From a virus, in IMG/VR virus record IMGVR_UViG_3300025534_000004, positions 32,001 through 96,000 of that record: a stretch of 64,000 nucleotides of DNA. One strand, given 5' to 3'. The translations under genes were made by a program, and so were the position numbers. Positions within the stretch are counted from its first letter, which is position 1, and every line of letters begins with the position of its first letter. Shown piece by piece: positions 49,484 through 57,907 of this stretch. Under the pieces are notes generated by a model. It did no database searches. It was not told the origin of the DNA and worked only from the letters and a program-made list of their open reading frames with translations.

Positions 49484-51514
49484 ATGTCGAACAAAAAGCT
49501 CCGCGTCAGGGACGGCATCGAGTCGGACGCCGACATCATTTCAGCCACGAGTGTACAGGCACCGACTTTCAAAGGCGCACTCGATGGCAATGCCGCCACT
49601 GCCACGAAGCTCGCTACCGCGCGCACTCTTGCACTGGCTGGCGACGCAACCGGTTCGATCAGCTTCGACGGCACCGCGAACCGTACCATCACCCTCACCC
49701 TTGTCGCCACCGGAGTCACCGCTGGAACCTATCGTTCGGTGGTGGTCGATGCCAAGGGTCGGGTGACCGGCGGCACGAATCCCACCATCACCCTGACAGG
49801 GGATGTGACCGGAAGCGGCGGTACCACCATCGCAACCACCCTGCGCGACACGGGCGTAGTTCCCGGCACCTACAACACGGTCGTCGTGGACGCCAAGGGA
49901 CGGATCACGGGCGCGACCAATGTCACGCCCGGCGCGCCTGCCTTCCTCACTATCGCCATGTCGGACGCCGACCTGTCCCTGACCGCGAGCCAGCAGGCGA
50001 ATGGCATGATTGTCCTGACCGGGTCCCTGACGGGCTACCGCTACGTCAATCTCTTGGCCGGGGTGCAGAAAACCGCCCTGACCATCCGCAACAACACGAC
50101 GGGCGGCTATCCGGTGATCCTCCGCGTGCTCAACGGCGGCGCCACGGTGTCGGTCGAGAGCGGCATGGCGCGCACCGTCCACTGCGACGGCACCAATGTC
50201 GTGGAAGCGATCTCCGCCATGGGGTCAATCTTCGTCGGCAACGGCAACGTCACCATCGGCAGCACCGTCATTCCGACCGCCAGTGGCCAGACCATCCTCA
50301 CCCTCGATCATCCGGCGAACGGCGGCGCCCTCGACCTGCGCAAGAATGGTTCGCGCTACGCCGCTCTGACCATTACCACCAACAATGCGCTGAACATCAA
50401 CGCCCTCGCTGGCGCCATCAATTTCCTGACCAGCAATACGACGCGCATGACGCTGGCCTCGAACGGCAAGCTCGGGATCGGCACCAATGCACCGGCCTAT
50501 CAGCTTGCCGTCGCGGGGGACGGCGGCGAGGTATCCGAAACCGATCCGGGCAACGGCACGACGTGGCGGAACGCGGCGATCAGCATCGCCAATACCAATC
50601 CGAACGCGCTGCGTACTTGGTCGCTTTCAACGCGCATCAATGGCACCCTCCATCTGGCCGATGACACCTCGGGCCGCACCCGCCTTTCCATCGATGCGCT
50701 GGGCAATCTCTACGTGGGCGATGCCACGGGCAACCAGATCGCCAACTTCGGCATGGTCCTGCGAGCCCATGCAGCCGCGTCGGGCGATGTTCGCCTCGTA
50801 CCGGGAGATGCGTCCTACTCCGGCCATCTCGCCTTCTATGGTCCGGATGGGTTGACCCGGTGCGGCATCGTCGGAAGGGCGGATGCCGACACCACGCATA
50901 TCGACGCCGATGGCAACCAATTGGCCTTTACGACCGGCGGCGGCACCGGCCGGGCGTTCCTGACCAAGGGCGGCCGGTTCTACGTCCCGACCGGCGAAGT
51001 CATCAACGTCAGCAACTACGGATACGTCAGCGGCAATTCCTCGGCGCCCACCGGCTTCTTCAGCGGCTCGGTTTCCGTGCCGGTCGGCCTGCACACCGAG
51101 CACCGGGCCATCGCGCTGGAATTCAATGCCTATTCCGACGAACGCTACAAGACGGATATCAAGGACATCACCGATGCGGAGGGCGTGGATTTCGTCCGCC
51201 GGGTGTCCCCCAAGACCTTCCATTTGAAGGACGATGCCTCGGGCGAGTTGAAGTCCGGCTACATCGCGCAGGAAGTCGCCAAATCCGGCGACTATGCCCA
51301 CATGGTGGAGCCGCACCGGCACGCCGGGCTGCCTGAGGTCACCGATGTGGACGGGTTCACCAGCCCGGCCGATGTCGGCCTGAGCATCAACTATCTGGAA
51401 GCCATCCCCTACCTGCACGCGGCGCTGCGCCATGCCTTAGCCCGCATAGCGGAGCTTGAGGCGAAGCTCGGGATGCGGGATCGCGAGCCCGGACGCCCGC
51501 CGCAGGCGCCATAA
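49484..51514 (+). CDS. Tail fibre protein with C-terminal intramolecular chaperone (peptidase S74)
   Basis: VDAKGRV repeats; SDERYKTDIK...GYIAQEV...INY...L coiled coil; TAAATA at 49435. Confidence 0.88.
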   Translation: MSNKKLRVRDGIESDADIISATSVQAPTFKGALDGNAATATKLATARTLALAGDATGSISFDGTANRTITLTLVATGVTAGTYRSVVVDAKGRVTGGTNPTITLTGDVTGSGGTTIATTLRDTGVVPGTYNTVVVDAKGRITGATNVTPGAPAFLTIAMSDADLSLTASQQANGMIVLTGSLTGYRYVNLLAGVQKTALTIRNNTTGGYPVILRVLNGGATVSVESGMARTVHCDGTNVVEAISAMGSIFVGNGNVTIGSTVIPTASGQTILTLDHPANGGALDLRKNGSRYAALTITTNNALNINALAGAINFLTSNTTRMTLASNGKLGIGTNAPAYQLAVAGDGGEVSETDPGNGTTWRNAAISIANTNPNALRTWSLSTRINGTLHLADDTSGRTRLSIDALGNLYVGDATGNQIANFGMVLRAHAAASGDVRLVPGDASYSGHLAFYGPDGLTRCGIVGRADADTTHIDADGNQLAFTTGGGTGRAFLTKGGRFYVPTGEVINVSNYGYVSGNSSAPTGFFSGSVSVPVGLHTEHRAIALEFNAYSDERYKTDIKDITDAEGVDFVRRVSPKTFHLKDDASGELKSGYIAQEVAKSGDYAHMVEPHRHAGLPEVTDVDGFTSPADVGLSINYLEAIPYLHAALRHALARIAELEAKLGMRDREPGRPPQAP

Positions 51515-51540
51515 GGACGCCGTCGGGGAGACATACCAGC

Positions 51541-52905
51541 ATGGCAATCCATAACTTGGACTACTGGTACGACGCCTCGATGCGTCGTTATCTGGAACAG
51601 ATCGTCGGCGCTTTTTCGGGCTTCCAGTACATGACCGGCTCGCGCAACGGCGCGGCGCCGCAGCTTATGACGGTGCCATGCACGCTCGCCAAGACCGACC
51701 GCATGGTGGGCCACATCATGCGGAATCTCTCGGAGAACACGCTCCTGACCGTCCCGATGATCACGGTGTACCAGACTGGCCTCACCGGTCGGCGCGACGA
51801 CGTGCAGTATCCGGGCTTCGTGGACACCTTGCAGGTGACCGAGCGCGCCATCGATCCAAGTGGCCGGTACACGGGCGAAAAGGGCAACAGCTATTCGGTG
51901 CAGCGGCTCATGCCGCGCCCGTTCCTCATGACGGTGCAGGTCGATCTCTGGACGAGCAATCTCGATCAGAAGCACCAGTTGGCCGAACAGATTCTCACGA
52001 TCATCTATCCGACCTTCGACATCCAGAACAGCAGCAACGCGCTGGACTGGACGGCGCTCACGACGATTTCGGTCGAGGACATTAGCTGGACCTCGCGCTC
52101 CATCCCTGTCGGAACCGAATCCGACATCGACATCATGACGATCACGCTGAACGTGCCGATCTGGCTGAGCCCGCCCGCCAAGGTGAAGCAGCAGAAGATC
52201 ATTCAGGCAATCGTGACGAACATCTTCGAGGGTGGGCGCGGGGGCGCGGATGGCCGGATGATGAAGAAGGCGCTGCTGGCGCAGCACGTCACCACGCCGC
52301 ACAACCATCGTTTGCTGGTGGATGGCGACGTGCTGACCCTTCTGAACGGCCATGGCGGCGAGACCGGCGAGGACGGCGAACCCCTCTCGTGGAAGCGCCT
52401 GTTCGAGGAATACGGCCTGTTCGTTCCGGGCCAGAGCCGCATTGCGCTCAATGGCACCGAGGATATCGAGGCCGAGGACCTGATCACCGGCCTGATCACC
52501 CTCGATGCCGCTGCGCCGAACAAGCTCCGCTGGCAGATCGACCCCGAGACCCTGCCCGCGAACACGCTGCCCGCCGTGGACGCCATCATCGACCCGGTGC
52601 GCACCGCCCCCGGCTCCGGCCTCCCGGCCCCGGTCGAGGGCATCCGGTACCTGCTCGTGGGGGATGTCGCCCCGAGCCTCGCATGGGGTCAATTCTCCGC
52701 CCGCGAGCACGACATCATCGAGTACCGCGAGGGGCAATGGACGGTGGCGTTCAAATCGGCCGAGGTCGCGGAGCCACAGTTCGTCCTCAACCGGAACAAG
52801 GGGCGTCAGTTGCGCTGGAACGGCCGCGAATGGCTGTTGAGCATCGACGGCGAGTACGGTCCGGGCTTCTGGAAGCTCATGCTCGCGGCCAATCCTGCCT
52901 CCTGA
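51541..52905 (+). CDS. Tail terminator/sheath stabiliser (T4 gp15-like) with C-terminal extension
   Basis: YWYD..MRRYL.Q...RLMP.PF.M...D.WTSN..QK.Q..EQI...F...DWT...PIWLSPPAKVK. Confidence 0.8.
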   Translation: MAIHNLDYWYDASMRRYLEQIVGAFSGFQYMTGSRNGAAPQLMTVPCTLAKTDRMVGHIMRNLSENTLLTVPMITVYQTGLTGRRDDVQYPGFVDTLQVTERAIDPSGRYTGEKGNSYSVQRLMPRPFLMTVQVDLWTSNLDQKHQLAEQILTIIYPTFDIQNSSNALDWTALTTISVEDISWTSRSIPVGTESDIDIMTITLNVPIWLSPPAKVKQQKIIQAIVTNIFEGGRGGADGRMMKKALLAQHVTTPHNHRLLVDGDVLTLLNGHGGETGEDGEPLSWKRLFEEYGLFVPGQSRIALNGTEDIEAEDLITGLITLDAAAPNKLRWQIDPETLPANTLPAVDAIIDPVRTAPGSGLPAPVEGIRYLLVGDVAPSLAWGQFSAREHDIIEYREGQWTVAFKSAEVAEPQFVLNRNKGRQLRWNGREWLLSIDGEYGPGFWKLMLAANPAS

Positions 52906-52914
52906 TGGCCGGGC

Positions 52915-53385
52915 TCACCATTTCGTAACCGTCTCCTCGTCCACCCACGTATAGTCGGGATGGCGGTCGTTGACTTCGTCGAGATGCTCGCCGAAGCGCA
53001 TCTTGAAATGCAGGAGGTCGGCCTCGGTTTCGAAATTGAACTGCCAGTAGCCGTGGTTGACGTGCCGCCGCTCGGGATAGGCGTCGTACTTGTTGGGTTT
53101 CGGTAGGTACGAGTAGCTCTTGTCCCGATAGACGAGGATCACGTCGCCTTCGAGATGGCGTTCGACGAAGCGCCGGATGTCCACCCGCAGCGCGCCGCAT
53201 TTGTGGCCCTCGCGGAATTCGTCGAAGCGATCCTTGTGCATGTACAGTGCGTACGGGTACCCGGACTCGACGGTGAAATGCCAACGTCCGGTGCCCGACC
53301 GGCTGTCCCAATACGCATCGGGGAAGTAGAATTTAGGATCGCGCGGTCCGCTAGGCTGGAATTCATTGAGTTGGATCAATGCCAT
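52915..53385 (-). CDS. Hypothetical protein, FxFExExDLxxFKxxF family
   Basis: FNFETEADLLHFKMRFG. Confidence 0.65.
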   Translation of the reverse strand: MALIQLNEFQPSGPRDPKFYFPDAYWDSRSGTGRWHFTVESGYPYALYMHKDRFDEFREGHKCGALRVDIRRFVERHLEGDVILVYRDKSYSYLPKPNKYDAYPERRHVNHGYWQFNFETEADLLHFKMRFGEHLDEVNDRHPDYTWVDEETVTKW

Positions 53386-53387
53386 CG

Positions 53388-53597
53388 TCACCGTCCCAGC
53401 GGTGCGCAATAACGGGAACCGTCGTCCATGCTGCCCAAGACGGCGCAGCGCGCCACGAAGGGATCGGTGCCGCGTTCGATGAGCCGTGCGACCGCCTCAT
53501 ATCGCGCACGGTCGCGCAGATCGGAGAACCCGCTACAGGTGATGATGGTCACCGCGACCAGCGCGGCGATGGCGAGCCAGAATTTCTTGGTATCCAT
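53388..53597 (-). CDS. Small membrane protein
   Basis: N-terminal TM helix; DPFVARCA tail. Confidence 0.6.
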   Translation of the reverse strand: MDTKKFWLAIAALVAVTIITCSGFSDLRDRARYEAVARLIERGTDPFVARCAVLGSMDDGSRYCAPLGR

Positions 53598-53670
53598 GAC
53601 GAATGCCTTCTCAAAATGGAGTTTTGAGAACCGACTTATCTCGGTTTGCGGCAGGCCGTCAAGGGAGGCT

Positions 53671-53747
53671 TGGATGCGGGCGGGGGACTTGCACCCCCAT
53701 CGTTGGGTTATGAGCCCAAGCTGGCACTACTTCCAGTCTAGCCCGCA
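53671..53747 (-). tRNA. tRNA-Met(CAT), atypical, initiator-like
   Basis: TTGGG-CTCATAA-CCCAA arm with three G-C pairs; CCA end; T-loop TGCAAGT; TAAATA at 53752-53757. Confidence 0.75.
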
Positions 53748-54288
53748 ACCCTATTTATCAGCGGGGCTTAATCCCGCGCTCGCACCGAATTAGGAGGCGC
53801 TGCGGCGTGAAACCGGCTTGGACTTTACCGACCGGGAGGTCCGGACCGCCCTCGCCTCGGACCGGTTACAGGCTTCCGTGGGTGTGCGGGACTATCTGAT
53901 GGCGCGGGCCAAGCTCAAGCAGCAGCGACGCGCTGCGTGAGGAAGAACATGGATGCATAGGCGACCCCGTTGTCGATCCTGTCGTCAGGAAGCAGGCCGA
54001 CGAGGATTGCCTTTCTTTCCATGCAGGTTTCGATGAGATCGTTCATACCGGCTCCCATCTTGAATTTGTACTATTTCATCGATCTCGCCACGGGCCGCTA
54101 CTGGTCCTCGAACGCTCAGGATTTCGTCGCGCCTGCTGATGCAACGCCGCTGACGTGGTCCGACCGCGTATACCGTGGTGCGCCCGCTGCTCGACGATCC
54201 GGACTTCCGATATACCATGCTGGCCGTCGATGACGCTTCCGGTCGCGCCGTTCTGCTTCGTCGGCTCAAAGGGCACTATCAGGTTAGA

Positions 54289-55854
54289 TCACGCAGCCAC
54301 TAGGGCTGGTGTCGTCCCTGATTTCACGGACGCCTCGCGGCGTTTGGATGACCTCACCACGGCCAGCGACACCCCACCGAAGTAAGGGTTCGTCATTCGT
54401 GGGTCGGCGGGGGCACCCCTGCTCCCGGTTCTGCCCGGCCGCATGGACCGGACACGTCGCTCCCCGAAGGCGCGCACGACTTCGGCAAGGACAGACGCCT
54501 TCGACTGGAACACCGAACCGATAGCCAGCGCACGGCGCTGGCCGATGTTGGGTGCCGCATTGAGGTCGGCGTGCTTGGTGTGGCCGCACCACAGGCACCG
54601 GAAGGTGCCTTGTGATGGGCGATTGCGCTTGTCCACGTAGCCGCAGGCGTTGCAGGTCTGCGACGAATAGGCCGGGTTGACCTCGGTGGACGTGATGCCG
54701 AACCGCTGTTCGATGTCGGCCAATTTCGACTGGATGACGGACCTGCCGCAGTTCCGCAGGATGGCGTTCAGGCGTCGGGACAGGTCCGGGTTGCGGAAGT
54801 CCAGCCGCTCAAGAACCAGTTCCTTCGGGCGCCCCTGCGCCACGAGGTGGTTCAGGACGCGGCCGACCTCGGTGCGGAGGAACCCGCGCACGTCCTCGAC
54901 CAGCGCCCGATACCGCTTGCTGTCGCGGGGCTTCTTCCCGGCCCGCTGCTGGCTGGCGGCGATCATCGTGAGCAGGGCGTCGTAGCGCCGCAGGCGCCTG
55001 AGCCAGCCCTGCCCGAGCAACTGGCCCTCGGAGGTGGCGAATAGTGTGGAGAGGCCGAAGTCGAGCGCGATGACGCCGTGACCATTGTAGTCAGCACGCG
55101 ACTTGGCGCACGCCTCGCCCATGTCGGTGACGACGCCGAAGGTCAGCCGCCCCTCGCGGTTCAGATTGACCTGCACGCCGTTGGTGACACGACCCGGCCG
55201 CTCCGCATGGTAGTCGTAGGTCAGCAGCGGGACGGCGATTTTCCGGCCCGGCTCCATGGTGGACAGGTTGACCCACCAGCCGACCTTGCCGCCCTGCGTG
55301 GCCTTGGTCGGGGCCGCGAGGCAGGCGGCCCGGTGGTCGAGGCGCATGGAGATGCGGGACAGGTCCGGCCTGCGGTGCCGCCCCATGACATGCCGCATGA
55401 TGGACCGCGCCAGTCGCCGCACGTCGCCGGGGATAATTTCCCCGGTGTCCTTCATGGCGATGTCCGCCCGGAGGAACCACGCTCCCATGCGGTTCACGAC
55501 GTGGAGCATGTGCTTGGTGTCGGGCGGCAGGGTGCTCCGGTTCACCGCGTCGCGGAATTCGTTGGCGCGGTTGCTGATCCAGCCCTGCAACTGGCCGACG
55601 ACCTGATACCGGCACATCTGGACCCGGTTCGCCGCGCCGATGACGGCGGCGAAGGTCGTCTTGTCCACGTCGTGGTTCTTGTTGAACCGGCCCGTCTCGA
55701 AGAACAGCCGCCACTGCTCGCGCCCTAGCAACACCGCGCCCCGGCGATACGCCGCCAGCAGGTCCAGCACCTTCGCCCGCTTACCCGCCGTCAAGTTCGA
55801 CGGCAGGAGGTCGGTGCGGTGGACCGGCGGGTGTTCGGGGCGCTTGCGTGCCAT
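54289..55854 (-). CDS. tnpB: TnpB/Cas12f-like RuvC nuclease (521 aa)
   Basis: RuvC-I IALDFG, RuvC-II LVLERL, VNPAYSSQTCNACG...FRCLWCG zinc ribbon, RuvC-III HADLNAAPNI. Confidence 0.85.
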   Translation of the reverse strand: MARKRPEHPPVHRTDLLPSNLTAGKRAKVLDLLAAYRRGAVLLGREQWRLFFETGRFNKNHDVDKTTFAAVIGAANRVQMCRYQVVGQLQGWISNRANEFRDAVNRSTLPPDTKHMLHVVNRMGAWFLRADIAMKDTGEIIPGDVRRLARSIMRHVMGRHRRPDLSRISMRLDHRAACLAAPTKATQGGKVGWWVNLSTMEPGRKIAVPLLTYDYHAERPGRVTNGVQVNLNREGRLTFGVVTDMGEACAKSRADYNGHGVIALDFGLSTLFATSEGQLLGQGWLRRLRRYDALLTMIAASQQRAGKKPRDSKRYRALVEDVRGFLRTEVGRVLNHLVAQGRPKELVLERLDFRNPDLSRRLNAILRNCGRSVIQSKLADIEQRFGITSTEVNPAYSSQTCNACGYVDKRNRPSQGTFRCLWCGHTKHADLNAAPNIGQRRALAIGSVFQSKASVLAEVVRAFGERRVRSMRPGRTGSRGAPADPRMTNPYFGGVSLAVVRSSKRREASVKSGTTPALVAA

Positions 55855-56819
55855 CAGGCCGCTTTCGCCGTGACGAAGCCGTAGGACAGCAACCGCCCTT
55901 CGCCGTTGCGGACCATCTGCGTCATCCGGTCGAGGCAGGCGTCACCCTTGCGGTTCCAGCGGAAGGTGGCCTCGCTGGCATACCTGCCGAGGTGCTTGAC
56001 GCTGATCTGGTGCCAGACGCCGATGACGGCGCGGCGCATGAAGCCGTTGAAGGATTCGACCCGGTTGACGTGAACCCGGTGCCCTGTCGCCTCATCGGTG
56101 CGGGCATACTCGCGGTCGGAGTGATTGACCGAGAGGTGAGGCTGGTTCTTGCCGATGTGCTTGTAGGCCGGGAGGCCGTCCGTCATCACCGTGGCCTTCG
56201 GGTCCACCACCCCGTCCAGTGCCTCAGAAATCGCGGCCTTGCCGTGCGTCGGGATGACCTTCGCCACCACATCTCCGCCACGTTCGGCGGCCACGAGAAC
56301 GAGCGGGCGCTTGGTGCCCCGTCCTTTCGGGTTGGCGGGCGGCGGCTCGCTGTCGTCGTGGTCACGGGACGGCTTGGCCCGCTTCCGGGGCGGCGCACCC
56401 GCATACATCTCGTCAATCTCGACCACCCCGGCGAGAATGGGATTGGCTTCGGCCATCATTGCCCGGATGCGGTGCCCGAGGTGCCATGCGGTCGGGTATG
56501 AGACGCCCAACATCTCGCCCAACTTGACCGCGCTGATACCCTTGCTGGATGCCACAATCAGGTAGAACGCCTGCAACCATGTCAGCAGGGGCAAATGCGT
56601 CCGGTGCATCGGCGTCCCCGCCGTGACCGAGAAGTGCTTCCGGCAACCCGAGCAGCACCAGACCCGCTTCGTCCCGATCCACCACGCCTTGCCGACGAGG
56701 CCGCAGTGGTAGCACTCAGGGCCGTTCGGCCACCGGGCGTGCTCGAACCACGCCCGAGCGGCGTCCTCGTCGGGGAACATGGCGTTGAAGGCACGGAGGG
56801 ACATGGACTGCTGACTCAC
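55854..56819 (-). CDS. IS1595-family (ISXO2-like) DDE transposase
   Basis: RWPNGPECYHCG...CSGCRKHFSVTAGT zinc ribbon; VEIDEMY, MTDG, NRVESF, HQISVKHL..Y..E..FRWN. Confidence 0.92.
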   Translation of the reverse strand: MSQQSMSLRAFNAMFPDEDAARAWFEHARWPNGPECYHCGLVGKAWWIGTKRVWCCSGCRKHFSVTAGTPMHRTHLPLLTWLQAFYLIVASSKGISAVKLGEMLGVSYPTAWHLGHRIRAMMAEANPILAGVVEIDEMYAGAPPRKRAKPSRDHDDSEPPPANPKGRGTKRPLVLVAAERGGDVVAKVIPTHGKAAISEALDGVVDPKATVMTDGLPAYKHIGKNQPHLSVNHSDREYARTDEATGHRVHVNRVESFNGFMRRAVIGVWHQISVKHLGRYASEATFRWNRKGDACLDRMTQMVRNGEGRLLSYGFVTAKAA

Positions 56820-56897
56820 GTTGCGACACTACATCTATTCAGCGTGTTCGTCAACCTGATAGGTCCGGGCTCAAATATCTGATCGGCATTCAGCGAA

Positions 56898-57215
56898 GTG
56901 CCCGTCACGCCGGAGATGCTCATCGAGGCTCTCCGCCCGCACGACGCGGTGTTGTGGTCCCATCTGGCGCTGGTTGATCATAAGGATGTCGTGGTGTCCG
57001 GGCGTCCGGTCAGGGATTTCGATCCCGAGGGCTGTGCCGAGCGTCTTTCGCGGATCGGAGTCTCGCCCGCGAATTACCGGATCGTCCCGCTCGGCAGTCT
57101 CCTGCTCAATGAGGAAGGCGCAGCGATGGTGATGCTCGCCGGAGGGAAGGCCGTCGGCCTCGACGCCGCCCGCGCTATCGCGGCAGAATGCAGTTTCGTA
57201 GAACTTCTTTCTTGA
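56898..57215 (+). CDS. Hypothetical protein, possibly the 3' remnant of a gene hit by the IS
   Basis: No clear RBS; begins just after the TSD. Confidence 0.4.
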   Translation: MPVTPEMLIEALRPHDAVLWSHLALVDHKDVVVSGRPVRDFDPEGCAERLSRIGVSPANYRIVPLGSLLLNEEGAAMVMLAGGKAVGLDAARAIAAECSFVELLS

Positions 57216-57248
57216 CGTTCATCGCTCCTATGGCAGAGTACGGCCAGA

Positions 57249-57851
57249 ATGCGATTTCAGGAGCCGTCGATGCCGCAGGTCCGGATGTGGAAGTGCCCCA
57301 AGACGGGCAAGCTGTTCGAGGACCTCGACGAATACCGTCAGCATCTCCGCGAGGTCGCGAGCGAGCGGTTCATGCGCCGGAAGGCCGTTGATTTCGTGCG
57401 GGCCGCCACCAGCGAGCTTCGGTGCCAGTCCAGCTTCGAGGACATCGCCGAGTGGATCGTCGCCAACAGCACCATGCTGGCGGTACGGGCTGCCTATCAT
57501 AATGCCATCGGGTGGCGGCAGGGCGAGCCGAACCTGATCCCGCCCTTTTTCTTCATCCGGCACGTCGAGTTCAAGGACATGGAGTGGCGTGAGGCCATCC
57601 GCCATAACAACCACGCTCCGCTCGGCCAGCCGACAGACCGGGATGTGGCCTCATCAGGATGGTATGGACGGTTGATCTTCCGGGCCAAGGGCGACCATTA
57701 CTGCATTACGAGGGATTTGTTCGCGGAGACCGGCATCAACCTCTGCAACGGGGTGGGCGGCGACGGGCGCTACCGATACCAAGTGATCCTGTTCGATGAG
57801 GATTTCCCGAACCTCTCGGTGATGTCCCGCCTGCGGCAGGAGGCGGCCTAA
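57249..57851 (+). CDS. Conserved phage hypothetical protein
   Basis: WKCPKTGKLF...Y..HL...H.AP...GWYGR motif. Confidence 0.7.
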   Translation: MRFQEPSMPQVRMWKCPKTGKLFEDLDEYRQHLREVASERFMRRKAVDFVRAATSELRCQSSFEDIAEWIVANSTMLAVRAAYHNAIGWRQGEPNLIPPFFFIRHVEFKDMEWREAIRHNNHAPLGQPTDRDVASSGWYGRLIFRAKGDHYCITRDLFAETGINLCNGVGGDGRYRYQVILFDEDFPNLSVMSRLRQEAA

Positions 57852-57907
57852 CCCGGCGGGTGCAGCCCCGGTGCTAAATATCCAAGGTCCATGCCGGGAT
57901 TGTGCCG

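Larger units (their letters stand above)
54271..56867 (-). mobile_element. IS1595-family insertion sequence carrying a tnpB-like passenger
   Basis: Imperfect TIRs gGGCACTATCAGGTT / cGGACCTATCAGGTT; perfect 8-bp TSD GGCTCAAA at 54263-54270 and 56868-56875. Confidence 0.9.

Noticed and set aside
54289-55854. Bona fide Cas12 effector
   Set aside because: No CRISPR array or cas genes; the gene lies inside IS termini
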